Source of the DNA: Mytilus edulis
Lineage: Eukaryota
Assembly: GCF_963676685.1 (NCBI RefSeq)
Contig: NC_092354.1
Coordinates: 81,840,001-81,904,000 of the forward strand
Direction of reading: 5' to 3'
DNA: 64,000 nucleotides
Within the stretch, counting starts at the first letter, position 1; every line of letters starts with the position of its first letter. Under the pieces are notes generated by a model. It saw nothing but the letters and a program-made list of their open reading frames with translations. It had not been told where the DNA came from and searched no databases. Of the stretch, positions 21,301 to 30,845 are shown one piece after another. The translations under genes and the position numbers were made by a program.

Positions 21301-23966
21301 GCAAATATGATCAAAAAAGGGAAAAAAACTCTTTTTATGTAGTCTCAAGCAATTGTTTCCTATATAGCTATGTATAAATTGTTAGCTACGCCTTATAAAG
21401 ACGTAACAGAAAGTGACAAAACATAAAGATCAGAATAAAGAATTCCCTTGCAGTAATCCGTGATGAGGTTGTCTTTTTATAGTTTTATTTTTCTACCGAG
21501 GTTTTAAGACAAATGCAGCAGACTTTTGTATCCACCCTGATTATTATTGTACTGTTAGAAGGTGTTGGTTCACTTGTTTAGATATTTAATTTATTAATCA
21601 GAGATTTTTTTTTTAAATGGTTACTGTTGTATTACATATAATGATTTATACCACATCTAATTTTGTTATGGTATGCAGAATGGGTTGTTTAAGGTGACCT
21701 ATATATTGTTAACTTTCATTTAATTTGGCCTCTGGTGGACGGCAATCATAAAACATCTTCTTATTACCATACTTTTTTTCAAATTGTTACACTGTAAAAG
21801 ATATGTTGTTCTATGTTCATCTAACACTTTTTTCTCATTGTCAACACTCCATTTCTATGTAAACAGTTAAAAAGCTGACTGCCTTTTGACATTTCACCAT
21901 TTTTAATGTGTTCTTTGAAGAATTTTTACCCTTTTACTTATAAGTACTGAAAATGGTTTTATTCAGCATGCCTATAGAGATAATTACTTGAATGATTTCT
22001 GAAAAATTATAATTCATTTTGATCCTTATCATTTACCTGCAAAGTCCTGCTCCTTAAGAACATGTCCTATCTTATGCCTGACACTTTTATGACTCCAGTA
22101 GGTATCCCCAATACTCTTCACAAGTTTCATCCCTTCACCTCGATCGTAATCCTCTAGCGCCTTTAATGCCATAACTATTTCTTTAATTCTTGGTAAAAGT
22201 TCTTCTTCTTTTAAGTTTTTAACATTACACAGCAGATCAAAGTTAACATCTCCGTTCGGTTGTCCATCAGCCAGTCTGTCATTTGATTGGTTAGACTGTG
22301 AGGACTTCATACCATCTGACCTTTGACCTGTATCTACATCCATTTTACAATTGTATGTTGTCTCTAGTAGGCTAATTGGTCCATCTAAAATCAAACAGAA
22401 AATAGAGATAGACATTAATGCTTTACTTTTTATACATTGTGACTTTGAAGGTCAAGAGTTGTCTCAACAGCACACATACTATCATAGGGAACATGTTTAC
22501 TAAGTTTCAAGTTGATTGGATTTTAACTTCATCAAAAACTACCTCAACAAAAACCTTTAACCTGAAAAAAGGCAGGATGCATGAGCAGATTTGTAAAAAA
22601 AAAAGACAGGATGACAATTTGTGTAAAAAAAAGTCAGGATAAACTAGTAAAGAGAGGACAGAACAGAGTAAAAAATAAAAAGACAGGGCAGATATTACAA
22701 CTAAATACAGGACAACATTTTCATTCTAGCACAAACTTATGGTAATCAATTTAAATCAGAATATTTGACCTGATTACTGGACATTTGAACAGATGATAAA
22801 CTCTAAGAAAAACATATCACAATGTACATGCAGACTAGAAAAACATAATGCCCGGCTATCTATTATTGTATAAGTTAAATGAAATGTAAATTGTGTCCTC
22901 TAAATTTCTGCCATGAAGTGTATCGATTCCCCCCCTTCTTACCCCTCCTTCCACAACATTTTCTCTCTACTTTATGTTGAAAACCTTGCTAGGTAGATTG
23001 TTATAAGTAAAATATAAAACCTTTACCTTCTATCTGTCCCTTACATGTCAGTTTTTTTTACATGTCATGGTGATATATATTGGACAAATATTTACATATG
23101 AGGACAAAATTCAGATCATATTTGTGTTGTGTAAACAATCAAGCTAATTCCTTATAACATTTAAAAATAAAATTATATATAAAAAAATCTTTTTAAGACA
23201 AATATGATATCAGGCATTAATTGTATGATAATTTGACTTGGAATTTAATTAAGAAAATCTTACAGAACTAATACCAAACTCAAAGTAAGATTTTCTAATT
23301 TAATTTCATATTGATTTAACTATCCTTCTCTGTCCTCAAGTATTTAATAGACAACAAATTTATACCTTTTTATCATGACAAGTTTTGAGTAAACAAATTC
23401 ACACTAATTAGTCCAAATGTAATAATTCTAATTAGAACTATCATCTAATAAAAATTCATTCTTAAGATAATGTCCAAATCATTAAAGTCCACATAATTAA
23501 CTCAACTTGAACTTGTCACATGATGATTTCTCTTAATTTATGACACCAAAATAATTTCCATTTCAATACACAAAATGTTTTTGGTTCCAGGGGTTTGAAC
23601 CCCCCAATTTTTTGGTTGATCAATACATTTAAATGGGGAACCGCTACCCCACTATGACCTGGGTTTAGAACACCCCTCCCCCTCTCACACACACACACAC
23701 ACACACTCCTTTCAGATATTGCTGGATCTGCCCCTAAACTGTAAACTTTATAAGTGGAGATCGTTGAACTTACCACTTCCAATAACAGGTTTACAGGTGT
23801 GATCTATAGAATCCCAATGAGACAAAGTCAGTGCTAACGGTACTCTTTTAAACGGAGGTCGTTGTGTATTAATCTGGGTTTGTGACTTATTACTACTACC
23901 ACTGATACTTCTCTGTCGAACGAATGTTTTAACCTCTTCCCCTAGTATGCAATATTCATCAGCCAT
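3136..23966 (-). CDS. Multi-exon gene: ARM-repeat + TIR (TIR_2-type) + C-terminal SAM-like protein (3'-incomplete in window)
   Basis: Exons 23774-23966, 22037-22384, 20899-21029, 19121-19201, 13409-13507, 12332-12449, 11157-11290, 10137-10383, 8595-8692, 6377-6518, 4961-5170 and 3136-3332 have GT-AG introns and join in one frame (1998 nt, 666 codons, no stop). ARM-like segments: LWNYSDAS, ILHNIAR, LGKLAVNDKNK, IVDAGALPLL, ALWTLSF. TIR motifs: HIFISYAW, VWIDVERMGGS, SPNCRLEAEY, DGWLG. SAM-like segment: DVSEWLCSVKL. Confidence 0.93.
3509..4175 (+). mobile_element. pearl/HINE-type element with three internal ~150-bp core repeats
   Basis: AACAAGAG start; core CACTGAACCATGAAAATGAGGTCAAGG at about 3668, 3816 and 3970; GCC microsatellite and 3' hairpin. 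Related ends at 37925-38595 and 60530-60600. Confidence 0.7.
4498..4919. mobile_element. Harbinger-like MITE
   Basis: TIRs GGCTAAAAAAAAATATATGTCTGTT / AACAGACATATATTTTTTTTGGCC, flanked by TAA / CAA. Confidence 0.65.
4961..5170 (-). CDS. ARM-TIR gene exon: TIR C-terminal half (alternative donor possible at 4928)
   Basis: tattttgcag|AG GCA GAA TAC ... GCC G|gtaagt; EAEYTFQCRKDYVPLMLQKQYRPDGWLGAILGAKLYFDFSGKYPFEKPWNGLMKELKG; phase 1 to 1. Confidence 0.92.
5321..6420. repeat. 69-bp minisatellite made of TIR exon 3' end + 5' splice site + intron start
   Basis: Unit register at 5511, 5580 ... 6270 (12 units at 69-bp spacing), then a 38-bp truncated unit, then 6308 and 6377 (the exon itself). About 3 degenerate distal copies. 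Confidence 0.97.
6377..6518 (-). CDS. ARM-TIR gene exon: TIR betaB/BB-loop/betaC/alphaC region
   Basis: tattttgtag|CAA GAA GGT ... CGT CTA G|gtaggt; QEGLEVWIDVERMGGSTLSAMAEAVENASVVLICMSEKYKLSPNCRL; phase 0 to 1. Confidence 0.93.
7226..7850. mobile_element. MITE with 24-bp TIRs and TA flanks
   Basis: ACGTGACGGTACCCAAATTGCACC ... GGTGCAATTTGGGTACCGTTACGT. Confidence 0.8.
8595..8692 (-). CDS. ARM-TIR gene exon: linker + TIR betaA/alphaA
   Basis: tatttcag|GT CCA ... CTG AAG|gtaatt; RPKSSSKRSKRHIFISYAWNEKEMVYKLKDRLK; phase 1 to 0. Confidence 0.92.
9723..10013 (+). mobile_element. pearl/HINE-type element, family AACAAGAATGTGTCC (copy)
   Basis: Near-identical to copies at 20057-20327 and 56942-57286, and similar to the degenerate copy at 19382-19668; ACGG/ACGA microsatellite and ATGCCCC...GGGGCAT-type hairpin. 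Confidence 0.8.
10137..10383 (-). CDS. ARM-TIR gene exon: armadillo repeats
   Basis: tttacag|ATA GTT GAT ... AAT C|gtaagt; IVDAGALPLLLRMIKQENIEEQAVASKALWTLSFDKDVAQKI...NCKGALFVLKG; phase 0 to 1. Confidence 0.93.
10433..10635. mobile_element. Abundant SINE-like interspersed repeat (family unassigned)
   Basis: AAGAAGATGTGGTATGATTGCCAATGAGACA...; related copies at about 353-476, 20490-20765, 26895-27145, 48960-49180 and 49970-50190. Confidence 0.7.
10770..10978. mobile_element. About 200-bp Tc1/mariner-type MITE (TA TSD)
   Basis: TA|CTGTAGATTCATT ... AATGAATCCACAG|TA; sister copies at 12048-12246 and 32218-32418, partial copies at about 17421 and 25215-25430. Confidence 0.85.
11157..11290 (-). 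CDS. ARM-TIR gene exon: armadillo repeats
   Basis: tattttgtag|GG GCT ... AGC AAG|gtaaac; GAVEGIVSYIKLALDNERGRYKGFTPIELMDGLGKLAVNDKNKSK; phase 1 to 0. Confidence 0.9.
11446..11715 (+). mobile_element. 3' tail of non-LTR retroelement (same family as 62014-62492)
   Basis: GAGCAGGATCTGCTTACCCTTCCGTAGCACCTGAGATC... is reverse-complementary to 62014-62285. Confidence 0.75.
12048..12246. mobile_element. About 200-bp Tc1/mariner-type MITE (copy)
   Basis: TA|CTGCAGATTCATT ... AATGAATCCACAG|TA. Confidence 0.85.
12332..12449 (-). CDS. ARM-TIR gene exon: armadillo-like helices
   Basis: tttatttatag|GTG ATG ATC ... ACA G|gtataa; VMIQFLQSKEEHEMLKIMAMLTLAHIVEEEENDKLIDDT; phase 0 to 1. Confidence 0.9.
12450..12980. 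repeat. 17-bp minisatellite (GACCTATAAATAAACCA-like, about 30 copies) abutting and resembling the exon acceptor
   Basis: Minus-strand unit TGGTTTATTTATAGGTC versus the true acceptor TGATTTATTTATAG|GTG. Confidence 0.95.
13160..13400 (-). mobile_element. LINE ORF2 C-terminal Cys/His-motif remnant (duplicated)
   Basis: NIPSEVRYCPLCNNGKIEDKQHFL and NISREVRYCPVCYSRG resemble the R-x-C-x2-C...IEDE-x-HFL motif at the end of many LINE ORF2 proteins. Confidence 0.55.
13409..13507 (-). CDS. ARM-TIR gene exon: armadillo-like helices
   Basis: cattacag|AAT GTA ... TCA GAT|gtaagt; NVFYVVKSSMSILHNIARNSNVQHYFKENATSD; phase 0 to 0. Confidence 0.9.
13918..14638. mobile_element. Non-autonomous TIR element with subterminal TTCGCNCC repeats
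   Basis: Left ATCCGGGTCCATTCGCGCCCA... versus right ...TGGGCGCAAACAGACCTGATACC, with inverted arrays of TTCGC/GCGAA motifs. Confidence 0.65.
15391..15753. mobile_element. Interspersed element with ~160-bp internal palindrome (tentatively Crypton-like)
   Basis: Highly similar to 59371-59728; AAGTATTGAATG...CATTCAATACTT arms enclose AAAAGCGTTGACCG / CGGTCAACGCTTTT. Confidence 0.65.
15889..16076. mobile_element. Short foldback element with TAG...CTA termini
   Basis: TAGTCCAAATAATTATTACGTCTGGCAAGGCT ... AGCCTTGTCAGACGTCATTATTATTTGGACTA. Confidence 0.7.
17611..18339. mobile_element. Tc1/mariner(pogo)-type MITE with nested 17918-18143 MITE
   Basis: TA|CCGTATTTATTCTATTAAA ... TTTAAATAGAATAAATACGG|TA. 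The nested element GGGGGTCTCATTGGGG...CCCCAATGAGACCCAC is flanked by CATGGA on both sides; a sister copy lies at 44840-45047. Confidence 0.8.
19121..19201 (-). CDS. ARM-TIR gene exon
   Basis: ctgtttcag|TCA GTA ... TCA AAG|gtaaag; SVAQHGGVKYFTVNCKHKPYIDNMSSK; phase 0 to 0. Confidence 0.85.
20057..20327 (+). mobile_element. pearl/HINE-type element, family AACAAGAATGTGTCC (copy)
   Basis: Same family as 9723 and 56942; short ACGG tract. Confidence 0.8.
20899..21029 (-). CDS. ARM-TIR gene exon
   Basis: ttttacag|AA ATA ... GCC AAA|gtaagt; EIAMKMLTSLNKKGIFKNDGIWFPTYYTLNTLWNYSDASLELAK; phase 1 to 0. Confidence 0.9.
22037..22384 (-). CDS. ARM-TIR gene: first shared exon (internal ATG at 22343, MDVDTGQ...)
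   Basis: ttttag|AT GGA ... GCA G|gtaaat; 348 nt open, phase 1 to 1; DGPISLLETTYNCKMDVD...KSIGDTYWSHKSVRHKIGHVLKEQDFA. Confidence 0.88.
23774..23966 (-). CDS. Candidate alternative first coding exon A of ARM-TIR gene
   Basis: aagATG GCT (MADEYCILGEEVKTFVRQRSISGSS...KPVIGS) ends G|gtaagt after 64 codons + 1 nt, matching the phase-1 acceptor at 22384. Confidence 0.7.
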
Positions 23967-26900
23967 CTTACGAACTGGTGTTATTGTACTGGTTTGCTTT
24001 TTTAAGTTTTGAAATAATCTTGTCCAGATAACATCTCCGCAAGTACAGGAAGTCATTAAGAAAATCACACACTGTTAAATAGGTCACGGTAACTTTTTGT
24101 TAAATAGGTTATGTCACACAAACTTTTAAATAGGTTACGTTACACAAACTGTTAAATAGGTCACATTCACTTTTCAATTATGTCACGTCTTTTAAAGTTT
24201 GTTATTGCTCTATCACCACACAAGTTTTCTCCAGACATGTACAAGTAATTTACTTATATCAAATCAGTTAATTACAAATATACAAATATCAACGGGTCAG
24301 AAATGTATTCAATCTACAGGTTAGTATTTCGTACTTTATAGTCAATTGCAATAAATTATTATAGATCTTTTCATACTGACAAAACAAAGATATAAAATAT
24401 TATTGATAAAGTTATAATATTTCTAATACACACAATTCCTAGAAGACCCTCGTCCTCCAATATATAGAAAATTATCAGACCTGGACGATCGCTTTTTCAA
24501 ACTTATACTTATAGATATTAGTCCAAATATATGGCTTTCTTCATCTCCCAGTTTTATAGGTATATCTGGACCTTATTCTACATTCTAAGAAATTGCATTG
24601 AACCAGAGTATTGGAAAAAAAATTGAAACACTTTTTTGCTGCAGAATTTTTCTTCTGGAAACAACTTTCAAGTATGAATAAAAATAGACCATAGGCAGTA
24701 ATCCGACAACACAAAAAGTCAATATTATCTTTTGGTCTGATTAATTAGAATAGTACACTCTGTGTCTATAATTTGTTATAATCCTCCGTTCCAATCTCAC
24801 AATTATTCATATATAACATGCATCCATGATCATATCTCAATGTATCTATTCTGCTAAAATATAACTCCAGTTTGATGTAAAGTTATAAAATTTCTCTATC
24901 ATTGTAAGTTAATAGATCTACTGGAGAGTAATATTATTACTGTTATTTGATAGCAGCTAATTTTATATTTCACCAAAAATCGGTAACTTTTTTCGTGAAT
25001 GTTAAAATAATATCAAGGGGCATGTTAACCTTTAAGGAGTGATAAAGATTATATTAGTAGGACCTGTTCTAGCGTTTAATATCCAATAATTCTGTTACAG
25101 TTAGGGAATAGAACTAGGAGGGATCAAAAGGGAACTAATTCCGTTATTATACAAATGATAAACTAGTTTGATGATTTTTACTTTACGTTTTGCTAATTTT
25201 GACAATTCAGTTACTTCTATTTTTGTAAATCCAATTTTCATAGATTGAGGAAATATTGCACATTCTTTTATATTTGATTTCATGGTTTTGCCAAAGTATT
25301 CAAATAAGCCTATAGATAAATAAATACCCTTTAAACACTTAAATTCATGGTACAATGTACACCCATACCCGGCCATACTCATGAAATTCATGAAAAATTG
25401 GTATTCCATAACTTTATAATAAATCTACAATAAATTGTTTTTAACTAATTCAAACCAGCCCTGGTTCACTGGGTTCTAGCTGTACATAAACTATGATGTT
25501 CTAGTTTGAAACTTAATAAACAACTTTTACTCTTTTTCTTAATTGCAAACCCCCACATGTATCCCAATGGGAGTGATTACGTTGTCAACATGAAAATGGT
25601 ATACAAAGTAGATATTAAATATTTTCCCTCATGCTCTTATAGGTACCCAGAAATATATACCAGGAGGAAATAAGAAGGCAATACCATCATCAGACCTTCA
25701 TTGACACAAACATTCTACAACTAAATAAGTCATGAACATTATAATGGGTATGATTATGCTCAATTTTAGTTGCAAGATTCTTTGATAAAAAAAATTAAAG
25801 TCTGATAAAACTGTTAATGGGACTGACTGTCATGACTGTATACATATGGCCTTAAAGAATAGTAAAACCCAATCATATAGTAAATGACTAAAACATGACA
25901 AAAGCACACATCTCCCTTTCAAAAAGAGATCAATAGGTCCAATTGTGCCTTTTATTGTTTTAATTGCATATATATATATTATGCTAAATTGTCTATAGGA
26001 TTGCAGGCCATTCATTAGGAGGCGGTACCCGGTACTTTTACCCTCCTATCCTATTGACAAGTACCGCCTAAATGTAGGAATTTTTATATATAAGATATTT
26101 ATGGAATAAATTGAAAAGTACCACCTAGAAACCTGGAAAGTACCAGTCAACATGAAAGATAATGAAACCCCTGGGATTGACGTATTCTGTTTTCAGTAGT
26201 ATGCGTAAATCTTACCACATCTTCTTATTTTTTTGTTGTTGTCTGGAAATTTTAGTCAATAAGATGTGAATTTATTATTTTTACCATGATAGTTAAATTT
26301 CTAGTCAAGCATTTTAACATCATTTTCAATTAATCAAGAGTTTTACATGATTTTTAAATAATCAAGCGTTTTTACATTGTGAATTTCAAGTTATCAAGAA
26401 TTTTAACATCATTTTCAGGTTCTCAAGAATTTGTCACAAGATATCCATTATGTCTGTATACATTCCCATTTGTACCCCTTTATATGTCCTTCCCAATGCT
26501 AACCAAAAACAGAAGAACAGATCACTTAACAAATTAGTAATCCTCGCCCACTGGTACATATATCACCTAACAATTATAAAGGTCACTACATCCATATTAA
26601 TATGAACAGACCAAGTAATCACATATCTCCCCCAGTTTACATATAAACATGCATAAAACAGTCTGACTCATAGACATGTGTCATAAAAAAAGGAGTTATC
26701 CAGACACTAGATAAAAAAATAATTTTACCAATTAGTTGTGGACTACTAACATGACTAAGGGTTGAACTTTTATTGCTAATATATGTGTAGCTTTTTTCTG
26801 TTTCTTCTACATATGTTATGTACAAAAAACTGTATGTGTTTTTCCAAAAACACCAAAAATCGTAAAATTCTTCCTTAAAAGGCCAATTTACACCAATAGG

Positions 26901-27719
26901 GTTGTTGTTTGTTGCAGTATATCATATTTGTTTTTCTTTTATTGTTTTATAAATAATTCCGTCCTTTTAGTTTTCTAGTTTTAATTATTTTTCATTTGTC
27001 ATATATCAGGGCCTTTGATAGCTGACTATGCAGTATGGGTTTTACTCATCGCTGAAGACTGCGACATATAGTTTATATTTCTGTGTTATTTGGTCTCTTA
27101 TTGAGAGTTCTCTCATTCACAAGTATACCAGATCTTCTTATATTTATAATAATTTGTAGATGGTCTTACTGATCATTTCATTGTTTAAAGTTTTTGTTCA
27201 TCAATTATTATTTTCATGATTTTCATTATAAAAACAAAATGGTAAAATGCACGATAAAGACACTTGTCATTCATTGTACACATTTTAAAAACTAGATACT
27301 AGCTAGTACCAAAATGTTGACTGTGGTTAAGTTTAATTAAATTTGACTCAGTAGTTTCAGAGGAGAATAAACTTTGAAAAAGTTAAACAGCTGCTGAATT
27401 TAACAATTGAATGCTATGTGATTGAAAATAGTTATCAAAAGTACTAGTTTTATAATTTGATAAGCCAGACACGTGTTTGGTCTACATAAGACTCATCAGT
27501 GAGGATTAGATTAAAATAATTTCAAAGCCAAACAAGATACAAAGATGAAAAGCATTGAAGACCCAAATTTCAAAAAGATGTTCCAAATACAACTAAGATA
27601 ATCTATGCCTGGGATAAGAAAATCTTTGAATTGAATAATTCATACTTTTGCAAACAGTAAATTTATAAAAATGAAAATATAAAGCTCACAATGGCACAAT
27701 GTATGTGTCAAGTGAAAGA

Positions 27720-28294
27720 AAGGAGTAGGTTCAGTAAGACCCCTTTATGGCCCCAAAATATAGCAGTTTTACAAAATTGTTAGAATTTAAACTATTAGTT
27801 ATTTATTGGACAGTAGAATGGTTCTGCTTCATAAATATAGCCTGTTTTTGACAATACAATGCACAAATATCGGGTATACTAGCACCATGAAGTCATGCTA
27901 AATTACTGAAATCTTCACTATTCTATCATTTTAGTTAAATTTTAGACGGTTTTCGTGTAAAACAAAAGTGGCCGCATTCGTGTTCATCCTCAATATTTGA
28001 AATGTTAGTTGTATTTGGTGATAATACATAACATATATAAAGGTTGAGAATGAACACGGATGCGGCCACTTTCATTTTTGACGAAAACAATCTAAAAAGT
28101 GACATTTTTCGTCATATTTTGTAGATTTTTCATATTTGAGCTTGAATCGGATCGTTTTTAATTACTAAATCAGTTAAAATCTTTCACATTAACTAATTGA
28201 TTCCAATGAAATAGACACTTAAGTGTTTAAAAAGTGATCAAAATCTTATGTCAGATAAACCTGAAATTTGAGGCCAAAATCGGTCCTACTCCTT
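27720..28294. mobile_element. MITE with AAGGAGTAGG/CCTACTCCTT ends and internal inverted repeat
   Basis: Terminal inverted repeat plus internal AAAGTGGCCGCATTCGTGTTCAT / ATGAACACGGATGCGGCCACTTT. Confidence 0.7.
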
Positions 28295-28395
28295 CTGAGT
28301 TGTAGAACAAAATCCAATCCTCTTGCTATACATTCTAGCCTTCTCACCCAGACTTGAAAAGAACAAAATGTCTATAACTACACTAGTAAACTTAC

Positions 28396-28552
28396 CTAGT
28401 TGCATCTTTGCCAGACTATCCATACTAGACATGATTGAGTTAGAACGTCTCCCTCTTAATTGTTCAGACATTTTTCCATTTTCGGTACTATACATTAAAG
28501 AATTAGATCTTCTATATTTTCCTTCTAGTGATTTATGATTGTTGTCTTCCAT
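28396..28552 (-). CDS. Candidate alternative first coding exon B of ARM-TIR gene
   Basis: aaaATG GAA (MEDNNHKSLEGKYRRSNSLMYSTENGKMSEQLRGRRSNSIMSSMDSLAKMQL) ends G|gtaagt after 52 codons + 1 nt; phase matches the acceptor at 22384. Confidence 0.68.
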
Positions 28553-30342
28553 TTTATCAACTTATATAAATCCAAATTTGTAATAAAGTATTATAGCACT
28601 ACAGTTGAAAATGTCTGAATAAAGAATTTCATTTAACTTTTCAATTCCAACCACTGTTTTGGAATCCTAAACGTAAAACTAAAGATTTCTATAATTAACA
28701 ACTGTTACATTCAATTTTAAACTACTTTTTTAGGATTTATTAAATCAACAAATTAGATTTAAAGTTGTAATTTGTCAGGAAAACTTGTTTTCTTGAGAAA
28801 AATCTTTAAGTGCACATGTTTTTCTACTCTATTCTATTAATTCTAATACTAAATTCCTATCTTTAAGCAAAATAAATAATTAAATTGTGTTTTTTCTTCA
28901 CAGTTCAACACTGATAAATCTCAATATAGAGCATATTTTATCAGACTTTTTGTAGAATTGATAGAGTTTTTCAAAATATTAACGGTCAATCAATAGCAAA
29001 CAGTTACTTTTGAATTCTCTGTGGAATAATTAGGACTTCTGGTCTTTATATATATTTTTTTCCAATGTAACAATCTGTCATCATTAAACGTTAGTGTCTA
29101 ATTCTTTGATATCTGAACAAAAACACGCAAATATCTATACACCACAAAAATCTCATTCCAATTTCCACATTTTTGAAACTATTAACTAATACAGTCATTC
29201 AAATAGAATATAATTAACAAGTTTTACAAATCCAATAAACATTTACGAAAATCAGCAGTAAAGATTCATCGCAGAATCCATCTAAAACTATCAAACTTTC
29301 ATCTTTAGGATTTCTTTATACAACTTGCAATAATTTTCAGTTACTGATTACTCACACTGACTGGGGATAATAAGTGATTAAATAAGGCAATAGAGGACCT
29401 GAACTAGTTTCTGCGTAGATCTTAGAGTCTTGAATTCAAACAATTAGAAAATGCATATGACCTACCTTTTTTTTACATTTATTTAAAAGAATTAGTAATT
29501 CTAAACATTTAGGAATCCCTTTGTATGGCCCTTTCTAAATTAACATCAATCATTTTCTGACAGTAGATCTATAAGTTGTTATTTTCTGTAATTTTCTTTA
29601 TATTGACTTTTTATGTTTGTATATTGGACATTGTAATTAAATCTTGATGTCAATTTATAATTAAGTGTTCTGAAATAACTTCTAGATATGCATTTTAGTT
29701 AAGTAAAAATTTCTCTGTTCACTAAAATGTCACAAAATCATCCCATTCAAAATGAAAAGAAAACAGTCAACCTATTGCATTGTATTGTTCACTGTTAGAA
29801 TGAAACCAGATTTGCACATGGAAAAATTCTATATGAAACTGCAGCAGTCTTAACTGAAAAGATTCAGTGGTTGAATAAACTCATCATACATGTAGATACA
29901 ATGATTTAAATTGTGTATGCTATTAAGATACATAATTTAAGTATAAAAGAATCATCAGGAATGATGGAATCTAATAATTAAATAAGGCAACACAAAGAAT
30001 GATGTGAAAGAGCATTGAGGACTCCAAATTCTGAAAGGTTTTGTGAAATCGGTTAAGGTAACCTTTTCATTGGGTAGAAAAGCATTAGAATTTTGCAATT
30101 CTTTAAACAGTTAATTGATAATTATAACCATTGCAATGAAAGTTTATGTCAAATCAGTACTGACAACTTGACTGGTGATACCAGCAGTTGGGGTTAAAAA
30201 AAACTCTAATTTTAACAAGCCAAAAAGAGTCTCCCAAAATACACAGAATTACCTGATATTAACACTGATTATCAACTAAAATACAAACTTAATATGTAAT
30301 GAAAGCAGTATAGTAAACTTATAACAGATTTATAACAACTAC

Positions 30343-30424
30343 CTTGTACAAGTCTGTCATTATCTGTACCTTCTGCTGAGATGTGCACAACAGCCCTCGT
30401 TACTACTAACTGTCGACCTGTCAT
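30343..30424 (-). CDS. Weak candidate alternative first coding exon C of ARM-TIR gene
   Basis: ATG ACA GGT (MTGRQLVVTRAVVHISAEGTDNDRLVQ) with two phase-1 donors, AAG|gtacag at 30370 and AAG|gtagtt at 30343. Short, so it could be chance. Confidence 0.35.
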
Positions 30425-30545
30425 TGGTTCAAGGTCACTTAGAACTCAACTATATGAACTGTCTTTATTTCAAGGTCAGTTTAAACTAAACTACATGCAC
30501 TGTCTTTGTTTCAAGGTCAGTCATAAATTGACTTTAAACATGGAA

Positions 30546-30633
30546 TTAAGACTAATGTCACAAGTTCAAGGTCAATAAGACTAATGTCACTAGTTCAAGG
30601 TCAATAAGACTAATGTCACTAGTTCAAGGTCAT
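30546..30633. repeat. 29-bp tandem repeat x3 carrying TCAAGGTCA
   Basis: AATAAGACTAATGTCACTAGTTCAAGGTC units. Confidence 0.9.
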
Positions 30634-30744
30634 TTAACCCTTGCAGAGACTAATTATTCTGCACATGTTCACATTTTAAGACAGAAAATGATATGAAAAA
30701 GTCCTTTTAAGTGTAGAACTATGAAGATGTCAGTTGTTTTTTGC

Positions 30745-30845
30745 TCTTTAATGTGATCCAGTTAGACTACACTGAAGTCTTTAATGTGATCCAGTTAGAC
30801 TACACTGAAGTCTTTAATGTGATCCAGTTAGACTACACTGAAGTC
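30745..30845. repeat. 33-bp tandem repeat x3
   Basis: TCTTTAATGTGATCCAGTTAGACTACACTGAAG repeated three times. Confidence 0.95.

Noticed and set aside
23027-23068. Possible short first exon ending GAAG|GTAAAG
   Set aside because: The ATG frame stops unless an 8-A run is really 9; unsupported without reads.
3136-23966. Calling the gene SARM1 or MyD88
   Set aside because: Domain order is ARM-TIR-SAM-like, not ARM-SAM-SAM-TIR, and there is no death domain, so no symbol was assigned.
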